A DNA stretch of 64,000 nt, taken from assembly GCA_016618085.1 (NCBI GenBank), contig JABLTG010000034.1, forward strand, positions 62,001-126,000, read 5' to 3'. Positions 13,101 to 23,777 of the stretch are shown here, one piece after another. Source of the stretch: Neovahlkampfia damariscottae (taxonomy: Eukaryota). The notes below the pieces were generated by a model. The model was not told the origin of the DNA. It saw only the letters and a list, made by a program, of their open reading frames with translations, and searched no databases. Made by a program: the position numbers and the translations under genes. Each line of letters begins with the position of its first letter. Positions within the stretch are counted from its first letter, which is position 1.

Positions 13101-14271
13101 CTGATGAAATCTTCTTCTTTTCTTCTTCCAATGAATTAATTTTCTTTTTTAATTCTTCAACATCTTCTTTTGTTTGACCACTTTCAATATTTTTTTTTCC
13201 TCTTTTTCTTGGTGACACTAATGGATGATTTGTAGTATGAGGTTCAAGTTTAGTTTCAGTTTCAGTTTCAGTTTCAGTTTCAGTTGTATTTTCAGAGGTG
13301 GTTGTTGATTCTTCTGATACTTCATCATCTCCTACTTGAGGTTGTGGTGATAATAAAATAGTTTTTGATCTTTCTGCTTTTACTTGATAAATTGATTGTT
13401 TAATTTCATCAAAATTATCAGTTTCAAGTTTCATTGAAAATTTTATACTTAAATTTGATTGTTTGTTATTTCCTGTCAATTCTTCATCAAATTCATCTTC
13501 AACTGCGTCATCAGAATCTTTTAAATACTTTGTAATTTCAATTTGAACTGATTTTGCAGATGCCTTTTTGATAATTGACTTTTTATGATTTGGATCAACT
13601 GCAACAATAATATTAAATGGTTTATATTTTTGAAGTGATTTTCCAGGGTTTCTTGAAAATTCAATATCAGCTGTAATTTTATTTCCATCTAAAGGCATTG
13701 TACCTCCTTTTGTATCAATTACATTTGGTGCTTGTCCAAGTATTCCAATTTTACCGTCTGTACCACCTTGTAATTGTAATAATGCTTTTGCGAATCCTTT
13801 ATCACTTGTATTAATACCAACAAGTTCTTTAAAATCAATTTCAATTTTTGCTCTTTTTACAAAAAGTGTGGATAAATATTTCGTAAAAAAATCACGAAAC
13901 CAAATTTTAAATTCGTTCATATCTATTTCACCATCACCATTTGTATCCATTGAAAGTGCTTGTTCTTGTTGAAATGATGATGATTTCCAATCTTTTTTAT
14001 AAACTTCGTAATTTGGTTTCGAAAATAAAGAATCCTTTTTTTTCAAATCTGACTCTATGGCATCACAAAATACAGAAACAAAATTCTTAATCAAGGCTAT
14101 AAAAGTTGTTTTTTTTAATAAAAATAACCTCTTACGTTCAAATTCTTTTTTTTGTAAAGATCCATCTCCAGATGTATCATAATGCTGGAAACATCTTTCC
14201 AATTCTTTGTCATCAATTTCACCTGTTTCAATATAACTTTCAACAAAAAGTTTTGCTTGATCGTTTCCCAT
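10108..14271 (-). CDS. EF-hand + coiled-coil + leucine-rich-repeat protein with N-terminal MG and C-terminal CaaX
   Basis: EF loops DTSGDGSLQKKE and DTNGDGEIDMNE; long E/K coiled coil; many LxxLNLSNNxL repeats; ends in CSIQ. In-frame 39-nt intron at 14097-14135. Confidence 0.85.
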   Translation of the reverse strand: MGNDQAKLFVESYIETGEIDDKELERCFQHYDTSGDGSLQKKEFERKRLFLLKKTTFIALIKNFVSVFCDAIESDLKKKDSLFSKPNYEVYKKDWKSSSFQQEQALSMDTNGDGEIDMNEFKIWFRDFFTKYLSTLFVKRAKIEIDFKELVGINTSDKGFAKALLQLQGGTDGKIGILGQAPNVIDTKGGTMPLDGNKITADIEFSRNPGKSLQKYKPFNIIVAVDPNHKKSIIKKASAKSVQIEITKYLKDSDDAVEDEFDEELTGNNKQSNLSIKFSMKLETDNFDEIKQSIYQVKAERSKTILLSPQPQVGDDEVSEESTTTSENTTETETETETETKLEPHTTNHPLVSPRKRGKKNIESGQTKEDVEELKKKINSLEEEKKKISSEFEEKIKKLEDEKDDLETDLELEREEVKVSDEKLKKKEEIEKELNEELKNEKEIVNTLKEELEKLKESSNESKENNSSNQEEIQKLKEEIERKQKEFDDEIFKKEEELNSLKTGNQQENDSKLKEKEDELKEKEDELKLKIDEIKEKEDEIEKLKNEKEDELNNLKKEKVEIESNLKEEKLKEEISNLEKEITEKDSFIIEKEKKIEDLNLDLKNKLEEKDEKYDDMKKEKEEEISNLKLESSKEINQLNLKIDELKKSEEEKSNLLKNLSSSSDSSSDELVKLIDEKNQLNTKYEELEFNSKKEIENLKKEKEELKEIEEEFKEKKEKLNQKESEIVNLNSEIKDLKNQIQSLKEEVENTSSSAQSEENTEEIKKLFSKQIDSLKEKLKEKDDEYKQLKEKLETIQSSESSKDEVEETLKKEMNEKLKENLILKNDIEKFKKEIDQLKGENEKLKIDFKKYQDKIKNENVTLSEIKSKKEEIEKENNFLKVQIKTGNENFENLKKKYETLEDELKEKKEEFQNFIKEASNSGGLDDSKLNELLNESKSEKQETFKKIKKSLKLSYSVEIENEIEDENKKGLIISNLKEFEEIENDDISKITILNLNELKLYEAPLKIKELKDLKILNLSNNYIDYYETREIFLLGNEIGNELISLNLSNNSLNKITNSIKHFEKLQELNLSDNKIIEISEEIKELKNLKILNLSNNKLNKFKKDSISELNNLIELNLSNNLFSDFQFEEIFKLKNLIHLNLSFNEINYIPQDEFEKSLLYLEELNLSGNPLIYLFSNISKFEFLKVLKLSKCQLRELPRTISKLKNLNHLDLSENPIKQLPLNFENLKNLKVLNLDKTILKFNDQESTTNQNHIDNIEEEENEKIFKNLNIEYLSFKNSPYLKHVPNCFYQLKELKQLDLSNSKIKIISKDIQNLKNLEILNLNNCFELTHISKEIRLLKNLNEVNAENSKSLIEPPHKVVMLGFSKMIEYYNGGVDDQGKECSIQ

Positions 14272-14386
14272 TGATTGTTTTTAACAGCTGATATTAACTA
14301 TTGATTGGTTAAAGAGAAGGTTGATTCTCCAATAAAATTGTTTTCTCAAAAAAATAAAAAAATTTTTTTTGATTTAATATAGTTTT

Positions 14387-14919
14387 TTATTGTTCCCATT
14401 TTGTCATACTCCCTTTATCCATTTTACTATATTCTCTATATCTTTGTAAATAAATTTTTAAAGGTTCAAGATAATTATCAAATCCAAGTGTTGCAAGTGC
14501 GTATATTATATCTTCTCCATTGATTGTTTTTCTTTTTTCTTGTAAACATCTATCAGAAGCTCTTTAAGAAATATTAAAATAATATAAAAATAATACTCAG
14601 ATGTTACAAAAGAAATAAATTCTGAAACACATTCTTGTGCACATTCCTTTCCTTCTTTTGAAACTTTTGTGGCTAAAGAAGTTTTAAAATATTTTTTATT
14701 TTTACCTTCAGGAAGACCTCTTTATTAAATTAATCTTGTTTTAAAGTTTTTTTTACCTTCTCATAATTTTTACTTTTTGAAAAATTCACATTTTTTTTTG
14801 AACTTACCAACATTAGCAATCGGAAGAAAACGATCTTGTTCATTGATTTCATCATTTGGTTCTAAAGATACATTCATTTCATTTGTTTCAAATTGTTGTT
14901 GTTGTTTATTTTCTTCCAT
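14387..14919 (-). CDS. NFYB: CCAAT-binding factor subunit B (NF-YB/Hap3), copy 1, 5 exons
   Basis: Spliced [64 protein letters not shown]. Introns at 14773-14807, 14720-14756, 14673-14705 and 14562-14596. Confidence 0.93.
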
Positions 14920-15334
14920 CAGTTCACTGCTCTCTTCGGAAAAACCGTTAAAACTCAACTCTGATTTTTTTATCCAATCAAATTCGTCGTTGAGCTTTAT
15001 TTTTTATTTTTAGAAAAAAAATCTTCCATTTTTTTATGTTTTATTAATTTTTCAAAAAATTATGTTTTTGTACTAAAAAACCTTTTTGATTGGAGTAGGT
15101 CAGAAATCTGATTTGTTGCTTTTGTCATGAGAATGAAAGTAGGACACTTATAAATTAATCACAACATATCAAGATAAATTGATTGACAATACAAATATTT
15201 ATTCAATTGAGGATATTGAAATCAATTCATTTTTACTTTTGAAAGGAAGTTGAATCATCAAAGTCAAAAAGAAAAGAAAAGTTTTTGGTTCATTTTTAAA
15301 TAATAAATATTTGTATGTGTATTATACTGTCCAG

Positions 15335-16544
15335 TCATCTTTGATATTTTACTTGAAATACTCCTTTGATAATATATTTAATATTGTAAATTGATTACCT
15401 GGATGAACTTCTTTGAATTTATAATTTCGATTTTTTAAATAATTGTTAACTTCTGGTCTTAATTTTGCCTTTCCATGTTTTGAATGTTGACCAGTTCCAG
15501 TAATAATGAAAATCTTTTTTAAACTTTTCAAATTCTTTAATTTCTGCTCTAATACATCTAATGCTTCTTTCACATAAAATCCATGTAAATCTAATGTATT
15601 TTTATTATTTTCATTTTCATTCTTTTTGATTAAATTAGAAGTTGCTTCATAATTCTTTTGATGCATTTCAAAATTTGCTTTTTTCCCTTTTTCAGAAAAT
15701 TCTTTTGCTGATTTTCCATCACCTCTTTGAAATGCCTGAATTGCTAATGAAAAATATTGATTTCTTTCTCTAGCTAATTCTGAAGCAATTTGTCTTAATT
15801 CTTTACTTGATAAATTTGAATATCTTTCTTCAAAAGAAGGTTCATTATATGAATTATCTTTTGAAGATAATTTTGAAGGTACATTATTATGTGATAATTG
15901 AATGTATTTTTGTTTTTGTGGTTTTATATTTTTCGCTTTTTTTGTTACAGACAGAAATGATTCATTATCATCATTTTGTAATAATTGTTTGGATTTAATT
16001 CTTTGTTGTTGTTTTTTCTTCTCTTTTTCAATATAAATTTGTGATTCTAATTTTCTATGAACGAATTTTACGTCTGAATTACCAACAATTAATTCAGCTG
16101 TAATTGCTTCTTTTGAAAGATGAGGAAAAAGAGCATGAAGTGTATCAACATTTTCTTCAAATTTATTTTTCTTTGGTTGTTCTTTTATATCATCATCATC
16201 TTCTTCTTCTTCATCCTCTAATAATTTTAAATTCAATAGAACATCTTTTGTCTTTAATTTGTTTTTTTTCTACCTAAAGTTTTTTCGAGATTTTTTTCGT
16301 TTTCTAAATAAATCATATTTATAATATCTTCATTTAAATCAATAATAGAAGACAGAAAATTCAAATCTTTTTCATCTTTCAAATTTTTTTTATTTTCATC
16401 TTTTTCGTCTTGTGGTTCAAAAGTCAAAAGAGTTTCAAATGTTTTTTCATAATTTTGTTCATTAATTTCAAATACTTGTTGTATTTCATCTTTATTTATA
16501 TTGGAAAACACTTCATACAAATTTTCCAATGAGTTGACTGACAT
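15335..16544 (-). CDS. CUE-like + DUF1771 + Smr domain protein (Cue2/N4BP2-like)
   Basis: LHALFPHLSKEAI (CUE-like), AIQAFQRGDGKSAKEFS (DUF1771), LDLHGFYVKEAL and IITGTGQHS (Smr); 2 introns. Confidence 0.85.
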
Positions 16545-16586
16545 ATTTTATAATACTTGGTGCTTATTGGACGAACAGAATATATT

Positions 16587-17750
16587 TTATTTTAAATATT
16601 TTTGATTTACAATATATTTTGGATTTTTCTTTTCAAGAATTCTCTTTAATTCTTTTGCTGCTTTTTCCCTCATTTCAATAAATCCTTCTTCTGAATAAAA
16701 AGCAGAATGAGGAGTGATAATTAAATTTTTAAATTCTTTTAAATTCCCTCTATAAGGTTCAATTTCAAGTACATCTAAACCAACACCAGCTAAATCATTG
16801 TTTTTTAAAGAATTAATGATAGCTTGTTCTTCAATGATAGGCCCTCTTGCAGTATTGATTAAATAAGCACTATTTTGAAATGGTATTTAATATTTTCAAT
16901 TTTACTCCTTCTTCATTAATTTAATATTTTTTTGATTGATCAAATATTTTGTTTCGTCATTTAATAATGCATGAACTGAAACAACATCTGAGTCTTTTAA
17001 TAATTCATCTAAATCATCATATCTTTTGATATTTAATGCTTTATCAATTCCATGATTTACATAAGGATCATAAAACTAATTTTTTAAATTTTTCGTTTCA
17101 TCTTACAATAATATTCATACCAAAAGCTTTTGCTCTCATACATACACATTTTCCAATACTTCCGAACCCAACAAGACCTAAAGTTTTACCTCTTACTCTT
17201 CTTGCTCCTTTCATTCCACTTTGGGAAGGCCATTTTGAATTTAAAGTTGTTTCAATACCCAATTCAAAGGTTTTTCTCATTAAACTGAAGAATTTAAAAG
17301 ATTCAAATTTTAATTACTTTAAAATTAAAGACATAGCACTATCAGCCACTTCTTCAGTACCATAACTATGAAGAAAATTAATTTTACGTTTTATTTCATA
17401 CTCTGGAACATTTGAAACTACAATTCCTCTTTCTCCACATGTTTGGATGTCGACATTATCAAATCCCTTTTTTTTATTTTTTTTTTTTTTCTAACCATTC
17501 CAATTCTGACAATTCCCTTTAAATTTTTAAATTTTTCAAGCTCTTCTTTTGTAAAAATATCTGTATGCCAAGACAAAATACCTTCATATTTTTCCAACTG
17601 GAATTTCTGAGTTTGTTTTCTTAACCTTACTTCTTTCAAAGGAGTATCCTTCAAAGTTTGATGAGATATTACGTCAGAATTAAAAATATTTGATTCTATA
17701 TCAGTTTTGTAATCAAATAAACCAAACATGGCAACTTTTGATGAAGTCAT
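16587..17750 (-). CDS. D-isomer-specific 2-hydroxyacid dehydrogenase (CtBP-like), about 7 exons
   Basis: Spliced motifs [45 protein letters not shown] and [11 protein letters not shown]. Confidence 0.88.
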
Positions 17751-17824
17751 GATTAAACAAATTTAACCAATCAACTGTGATCACAATAATTTTTAAACTC
17801 AAAATTTCGAAAACAAAAACCATT

Positions 17825-18132
17825 TTATTCAATTGAAAAGATTATTTTTGAACATGATGGACAATAGTGTAATGTTAAATACATTGATTTTTGAAAACAT
17901 GGCAAAAAGCAACATCCAACAAAACTCAATATCAGACAACAAAATACTTGCTTCGAACTGAAATTACGAACAACTTTTGTCTGAACTCTTTCTCTACAAT
18001 AAGGACATTGAGTCAATAATGAACTAAGATTAATTTTAAAATAAAGACTTACTTATTAAAATCAACAGATTCTTCTTCCAATTTTTTAATTCCACTTTCT
18101 TTCATTTCAATTATAACTTCTTTGATTGGCAT
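17825..18132 (-). CDS. LITAF-like zinc-ribbon membrane protein
   Basis: CPYC, a hydrophobic Cys-rich stretch (GCCFLPC), then HYCPSC; one intron near 18027-18052. Confidence 0.85.
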
Positions 18133-18210
18133 CGTTTTATTTTTTGTGAGGTTTATTTGAACTTTTATTTTCAACCTCACAAATTTTTGACCAAATAAAG
18201 ATCAAAATTT

Positions 18211-20415
18211 TCAAAATTTTGAACAATTAATTCCAACCATATTCGCCAATGATTTTACATTTGCAGGTCTTCTTGCTAATTTAGACACAAAATTTTTTTT
18301 CATTTCATCAAAAATGAAAGGGAAATCCCCATAAGTTCCTTTTCTTTCCACAAATATTTTATCCAATAATAAAACAGCAACACAATAAACCTTTTGAAAT
18401 GGTTCTTTATAATAAAAATATTCTAAATTCAATAAATGAAATAGTGGTGTATTCCATTCTTCACTTGATGCAGATACTCTTGATGCTAAAAAAAATAAAA
18501 AAAAAAAAAGTCTTCAAAATACCCTTTGATAATTGTAATAAACTTAATAAAAATGAAGTAACATTTATACCAGCAACACAAAAAGGATAATCTCTTTCTT
18601 GTTCTAAAATACCAACACATTCATCATTAAAATGTTTTGCAAAATAAATATTATTTTGTAGACCTAATAAACCCATACCTCTAAAATCAGTTGAAGGATC
18701 ATTTCCTTGAAATCCAATAGATACCCATTGTTTTGAAATTCTTGATTCTAATTTCTCATTTGGATTAATAATTGACCATAAATCAAATAATAATGATTCA
18801 TGTTGTTCATTCTTTGAATCATAATTTGTTAATTTTGAATGATAAATTTTCTTTAAATCATTCACTAAATTTATTCTATTTCTATTATTCTTTCCAATAA
18901 AAGAACCAATAATTTCAATAATTTCAAGTCTATTTCTTGATTGAAATTTAATTTGATTTCCATTATTCAAAATCATTAACATTGATTCCATTGCATCAGA
19001 TCGAAATGTATTCTTCAAAGGTATGATTTTTTGAATTTCATCAATATAAAAATAATATCTTTTTCCTTTTAATTTTGATAATATTTCTTCATTTTCTTTT
19101 TCTTTTCTTGATTTTAACCATACTCTTGAATTTATACCCCAAGGAAATAATATTATTTTTCCAGTTTCTGATATTATCATTTTATAATAAACTGAATTTA
19201 AATCAATGAAAAATTCATCACCCATTAAATATAATGATATTAATTCTTTCTTTTTTTCTTCTAATAAATTAAAATTATTTTGATATTCCTTTTCATTTAA
19301 CTCTTTTATTTCATCATCATTATAAGAGATTTCACTAAAATAGTTATTTAATACACTTGTTTTTACTCTTCTTTTTCATCCAATTCATTTAATTTTCTTC
19401 TAATTTTGTCCATTGATTCAATAATTTTATTTTTCTTTTCTCTTATTAATTTAACTTCTTTTCTTATAGTTATATCAGTATCCCAAAATAAATATGAAAC
19501 TGTTGTTCCAAAACAATCTAAAAAGTTTAATAATGAATTTGGTGTTTCTTTCATTGCATGTTTTAAGTATTTGTTTAATAAATCAATTCTTTCAATGATA
19601 AAGTCTTCTTTATATTTATTTATAAAACTACCAATACTCTTTTTTGGAAATTTTGGAAAGTTCAATTGAGAAAGTGTTCCTAATTTGTTTAATTCAAGTT
19701 CTTTTTGAATAAATTCATGAAGTGATTTGAATTCATTAAATCGTCTGTCCACTGTCCATTTTACTTTATTATTTTTATATTCTAATGAAACTTGTATTGT
19801 ATAAGTCTTTGTTAGAGGTTTTAGTTTTTTTTTGAAAGGATTTACTGTATATTTTGATTCAGTTGTTTGTATAATATTACTTTCTATTATTTTTGCGTCA
19901 AGTATGGCTTTGTCGATTGAGAAACGTGATTCAGTTCGACTCATAAAAGGAATTTCTTCTCCTTCTTCTGTACTATCTATTATAGAAGAAATTGGTGAAA
20001 ATACTTCTCCTTGTTTGAACAAAACTTCTGAAATAGTATCATCTATTTCTGTATTTACTCTCTTTAAATCTCGAAAAGAAATATCAAATCTTTTGCGAGC
20101 CTTTAAAGTTAATTCTTCAGTTGACTTTGAATCAGTTGACGAAAGAGGTTCTGATGGTTGTATTTCGTATTCTTTTAAATTTTCTTCTTGGTCAAAAAAA
20201 TCTTCTCCTTCTGAATTTTGTTCTTCTGGTTGCATTTCATCTTTTAAAAATACATCTTCTTTTAAATCCTTTTCCTCTGTCGACAAATTTGGTTTTAGTT
20301 CGGAAAACCGGTTTTCTTTAGGAGCTTCAATGATTTGTTGAGGTTCTTCAGGTATTGAATCTTTTGGTGCATTTGTTCTTTTTCCTTTTTTCTTTTTTCC
20401 GTTTCTTTTTGTCAT
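18211..20415 (-). CDS. PX domain + ELMO/CED-12 domain protein
   Basis: PX motifs WTVDRRFNEFKSLH, FPKFPKK and IIERIDLLNKYL; ELMO motifs QWVSIGFQGNDPSTDFRGMGLLGL and YPFCVAGINVT; joined by short introns. Confidence 0.85.
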
Positions 20416-20501
20416 AAGTTTAACGTCCACTAACAAGTTGACGTTCTGATAAATTAGCTTGATTTGGATTGGTCAAACTAGAAAAACGTTATAACAATAA
20501 C

Positions 20502-20589
20502 ATCCATAACATGGAAGCATATGCATTGTAGAATATGTTTTGAAAGAGGAGAATAACTTCTGACAAATGAAGTTATTCCATGTTTGGAT
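20502..20589. ncRNA. Candidate structured non-coding RNA (multi-branch fold)
   Basis: Perfect 10-bp hairpin at 20551-20578 enclosed by an 11-bp outer helix (20502-20513 with 20579-20589), plus a 6-bp inner stem at 20517-20538; intergenic. Confidence 0.35.
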
Positions 20590-20615
20590 CAATTTTAGAA
20601 AGATTTTCAAACTGT

Positions 20616-22973
20616 TTATTTTTGAAGCGAAATCAGATCTAAATTTGAAATTTCTTCATAACCAAGATCAAGTTTTGAAATATCATTTCTTAAATTCAAT
20701 TTTTGATTGAAATAAATTGAATGATAGTCTTTCCATTTTTTTGAGTCAATGTCTAAATTCTTGAACGAATTTAAATAGTAATTATATTTTTTTTTGTTCA
20801 GATCAATTTTAAATTGATTGGCTATTGTTAAATAGGAATTAAATTGAAATTCTGTTTCGGCATTATTCAACAAAATCAAAATCATTTTTTTGGTTGGAAT
20901 CAATTTCAATTGTAAAAAGTCATCCAATATCAAATTTAAATGAGTAAAATGAAAATTCTTTGAAAATAAAATTACAATCTTTTCAAATTCTTCAGTTGAC
21001 GGAAAAATTTGTTGTTGATTTCGCATTATTGAATAAATCAACGAAATAAAATTCATATTTTCATATTCTAAAGCAATTTTAAATAATTGTTTTAGAAATT
21101 GTTTTTGTCCATCAATTGAAATGTGATCCAAATAAAAATTAAATTTTGAAATTTCTTTTGATTGGATTAATTTTTCCTTCAATAAATCGAAAATTATCAA
21201 TTCTTTTTCTTTCTGATCAAAATCTAAAAAATGAAAAATTTTATAACTGTGGGCAAATAATCCTTCATTTAAATAAAAATGAAAAATTTCTTTCAAAAAT
21301 GTTTGGTCAACAGAAAATAAAAATTTCAAGTTCTTAAAGAATTCGAATTTATCAAATCTATTGTCTATGAGTGTTACATCTGAATTGTTCTTTGAAATAA
21401 TATTTTTCGAATCCAATGAAGTGTTGTATTCAGTTGAGTAAGAAACAATCAATCTTTTTAATTTTGGTGTTGTTTTTGACATATTATATAAATCAAATAG
21501 TATTGATTGATATAATAAATTCTCATTATGTTCATGAATCTTTTTTAATTTCAACAAATCAAATTCATTTGAATAGATTTCAATTAATTTGAACTCTAAA
21601 AAATCATATTTTTCTTTAGGTAATAATATTTCTAAATAAGTGAATATATTTGTATAATTATTGATATTCTTTGCATTTAAATTTAAATTCTCGATTAGTA
21701 TTTTCATTGGTAGATTTTCAATAAAATTTAATTTTTCATTTTTAATAATTTTTAAAATATTTTCTATTTGATTCAATTGTAAATATTTAAATATATTTAG
21801 AAAATTATTTAAATTTATTCCATTTTCAATATTAAATTTAAAAATACCCAATAAAATTAAATAAGATTTTTGTAACTCTTTCTTTAAAAAATAAGCATTC
21901 AAAAAATAATTTCTCAACTGAAATGAATTTAAAATTGAAGGTTGATTAATTAAAAATTCAACTGAAAATATTTCATTTTCAATTAAAAATTTTAAAGATT
22001 CCAGAGAAAAGAAGATATTTAATTTTTGCATATCCAATAGTACAGTCTTTAAAATTAATTTTTGTTTCTTTTTAAAATTCTTTTCGATTTTATTTGAATT
22101 AAATGAAGAAATAATATCATCTTTTTCATTTTCGTCTTCGTCTTCTGAAAAAAATGATTTATTTGAAATTTTTGAAGAAGAAGTTAATTTTGAAATTAAA
22201 TCAAAATTCTTAAAAAAAGAATTAAATAAATTTGGAGATAAATCATTTTTTAAAATGATTGGTTTAAATTTAATTTTTAAAATATCAATTAATTCATCTT
22301 CATTAAATAAATTTAATTCCATTTTTGAATTTGAATTAAAAAAAGGACCATTTAAATATATAAAATTATTCTTAATTTTTAGATTTAAAATTTCAAAATT
22401 TTGATCATCTCCTAAACTTGTATGAGAATAAATTAAAAAGGCTTTTTCTAATTCTCCTTTATTTAAAAAATATTTAATAGATTCTTCAAATAAATATTTT
22501 AAAACTTCAATTTTTGATTCTTCATTCAAAAAATAAAATTCTGTTTCAAATTTTTCATGATTTCTAAACATTGAAATTTTTTTTAATTTTTTTTCTTCTT
22601 TTGAATTATAAAATTCAATCAAAAAGGACTTAAAAAAATGAAAAAAATAATCTTCTCCTTTCGTATTTGAGTTTTTTAATAACTCCATCATTATAGTTTT
22701 AAATAAATTTGAACTATACTTTTCTCCATGAAACGATGACTCATTCATCAAAAGAAGATATTCCTTGATATCTCTATTGGAAGATAAATTCATTAATGAA
22801 AAAAATTCTTTTTGAAAAAATTTTGATTCTTTTTCAAATTTTAGTATTGAAGTATTATTTTGTTTTTTTGAATTCAATTCTTCAATTTCTTTTTTTATTT
22901 CAATTTTTGGTATTTCTTCTATTTTTGAACGAAAAGATCTTAAGTGTCCAATAAATTCTAAAAATTTTTTCAT
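20616..22973 (-). CDS. 785-aa hypothetical helical-repeat protein (degenerate PPR/TPR-like, possibly mitochondrial)
   Basis: Long open frame; C-terminal segments such as LILDDFLQLKLIPTKKMILILLN look PPR-like. Confidence 0.5.
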   Translation of the reverse strand: MKKFLEFIGHLRSFRSKIEEIPKIEIKKEIEELNSKKQNNTSILKFEKESKFFQKEFFSLMNLSSNRDIKEYLLLMNESSFHGEKYSSNLFKTIMMELLKNSNTKGEDYFFHFFKSFLIEFYNSKEEKKLKKISMFRNHEKFETEFYFLNEESKIEVLKYLFEESIKYFLNKGELEKAFLIYSHTSLGDDQNFEILNLKIKNNFIYLNGPFFNSNSKMELNLFNEDELIDILKIKFKPIILKNDLSPNLFNSFFKNFDLISKLTSSSKISNKSFFSEDEDENEKDDIISSFNSNKIEKNFKKKQKLILKTVLLDMQKLNIFFSLESLKFLIENEIFSVEFLINQPSILNSFQLRNYFLNAYFLKKELQKSYLILLGIFKFNIENGINLNNFLNIFKYLQLNQIENILKIIKNEKLNFIENLPMKILIENLNLNAKNINNYTNIFTYLEILLPKEKYDFLEFKLIEIYSNEFDLLKLKKIHEHNENLLYQSILFDLYNMSKTTPKLKRLIVSYSTEYNTSLDSKNIISKNNSDVTLIDNRFDKFEFFKNLKFLFSVDQTFLKEIFHFYLNEGLFAHSYKIFHFLDFDQKEKELIIFDLLKEKLIQSKEISKFNFYLDHISIDGQKQFLKQLFKIALEYENMNFISLIYSIMRNQQQIFPSTEEFEKIVILFSKNFHFTHLNLILDDFLQLKLIPTKKMILILLNNAETEFQFNSYLTIANQFKIDLNKKKYNYYLNSFKNLDIDSKKWKDYHSIYFNQKLNLRNDISKLDLGYEEISNLDLISLQK

Positions 22974-23043
22974 TAAAATTCTTTATCTTCTTGTTTCAAT
23001 AAAAATGTTGAAGAATCAAATTTATTGGTCAAAATTATCGGAG

Positions 23044-23748
23044 ATGTCTGCTCCAAAAAATTGGTTGATAAATGATGAAGCAATTTCTTACATTGAAAAA
23101 GTTTCAAGAAGAGAATCTGATGTAGCTGTTGCTTTAAGAGAACTCACTTCAAACCATAAAGAAGCTGTTATGCAAATATCACCTGAAGAAGGTCAATTTT
23201 TATCCTTTTTGATAAAATTAATTGGAGCAAAGAAAACCCTTGAAGTAGGAGTTTTTACTGGTTATAGTACATTGGTTGTTGCTGAAGCTTTACCAAAAGA
23301 TGGTAAAATTATTGCTATGGATGTATCAGAAGAATTCACAAATGTTGCAAAAGACTTTTGGAAGAAAGGAGGAGTTGAAGATAAAATTAAATTAACATTA
23401 GCACCTGCTAGTGAAACTATGGATAAATTAATCAAGAATTCTGAAAGTGGTACTTTTGATTTTGCTTTTATCGAGTAAGTAGTTCCATTTGAAAATCTAA
23501 AATTTTGACCAAGTGCTGACAAAGTGAATTATGATACATATTATGAACAATGTTTAAAATTAGTAAGAAAAGGTGGTATAATAGCAATTGATAATACTTT
23601 ATGGTCAGGAAAACCATGGAAAAATGATGATAATGATGAATCTACAGTCGCAATTAGAAAATTAAATGAAAAAATTTCCAAAGATAAAAGAGTTGATATT
23701 TGTATGCTTCCAATGGCTGATGGAATTACTTTATGCAGAGTTTTATAA
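23044..23748 (+). CDS. Class I SAM-dependent O-methyltransferase (CCoAOMT/COMTD1 family)
   Basis: QISPEEGQFL, LEVGVFTGYS, FDFAFIDADK (across an intron near 23475-23512) and GGIIAIDNTLWSG. The start could alternatively be at 23005. Confidence 0.92.
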
Positions 23749-23777
23749 AAAAAAAATAAAAGTATAAAAATTTTTAT

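Noticed and set aside
13255..13285. (GTTTCA)n hexamer, and GAA/GAT runs near 31510 and 60385-60570
   Set aside because: Coding low-complexity tracts (TETETE, poly-E, poly-D); not CRISPR or mobile-element repeats.
20502..20600. U1 snRNA or hammerhead identity for the fold-back element
   Set aside because: No 5' ACTTACC or U1-70K loop, and no CTGANGA core; kept only as an unassigned candidate.
9494..22973. Kinetoplastid-style polycistronic, trans-spliced gene cluster
   Set aside because: Strand switches are frequent elsewhere, most genes have their own CCAAT, and I saw no consistent pyrimidine-AG acceptor before the ATGs.
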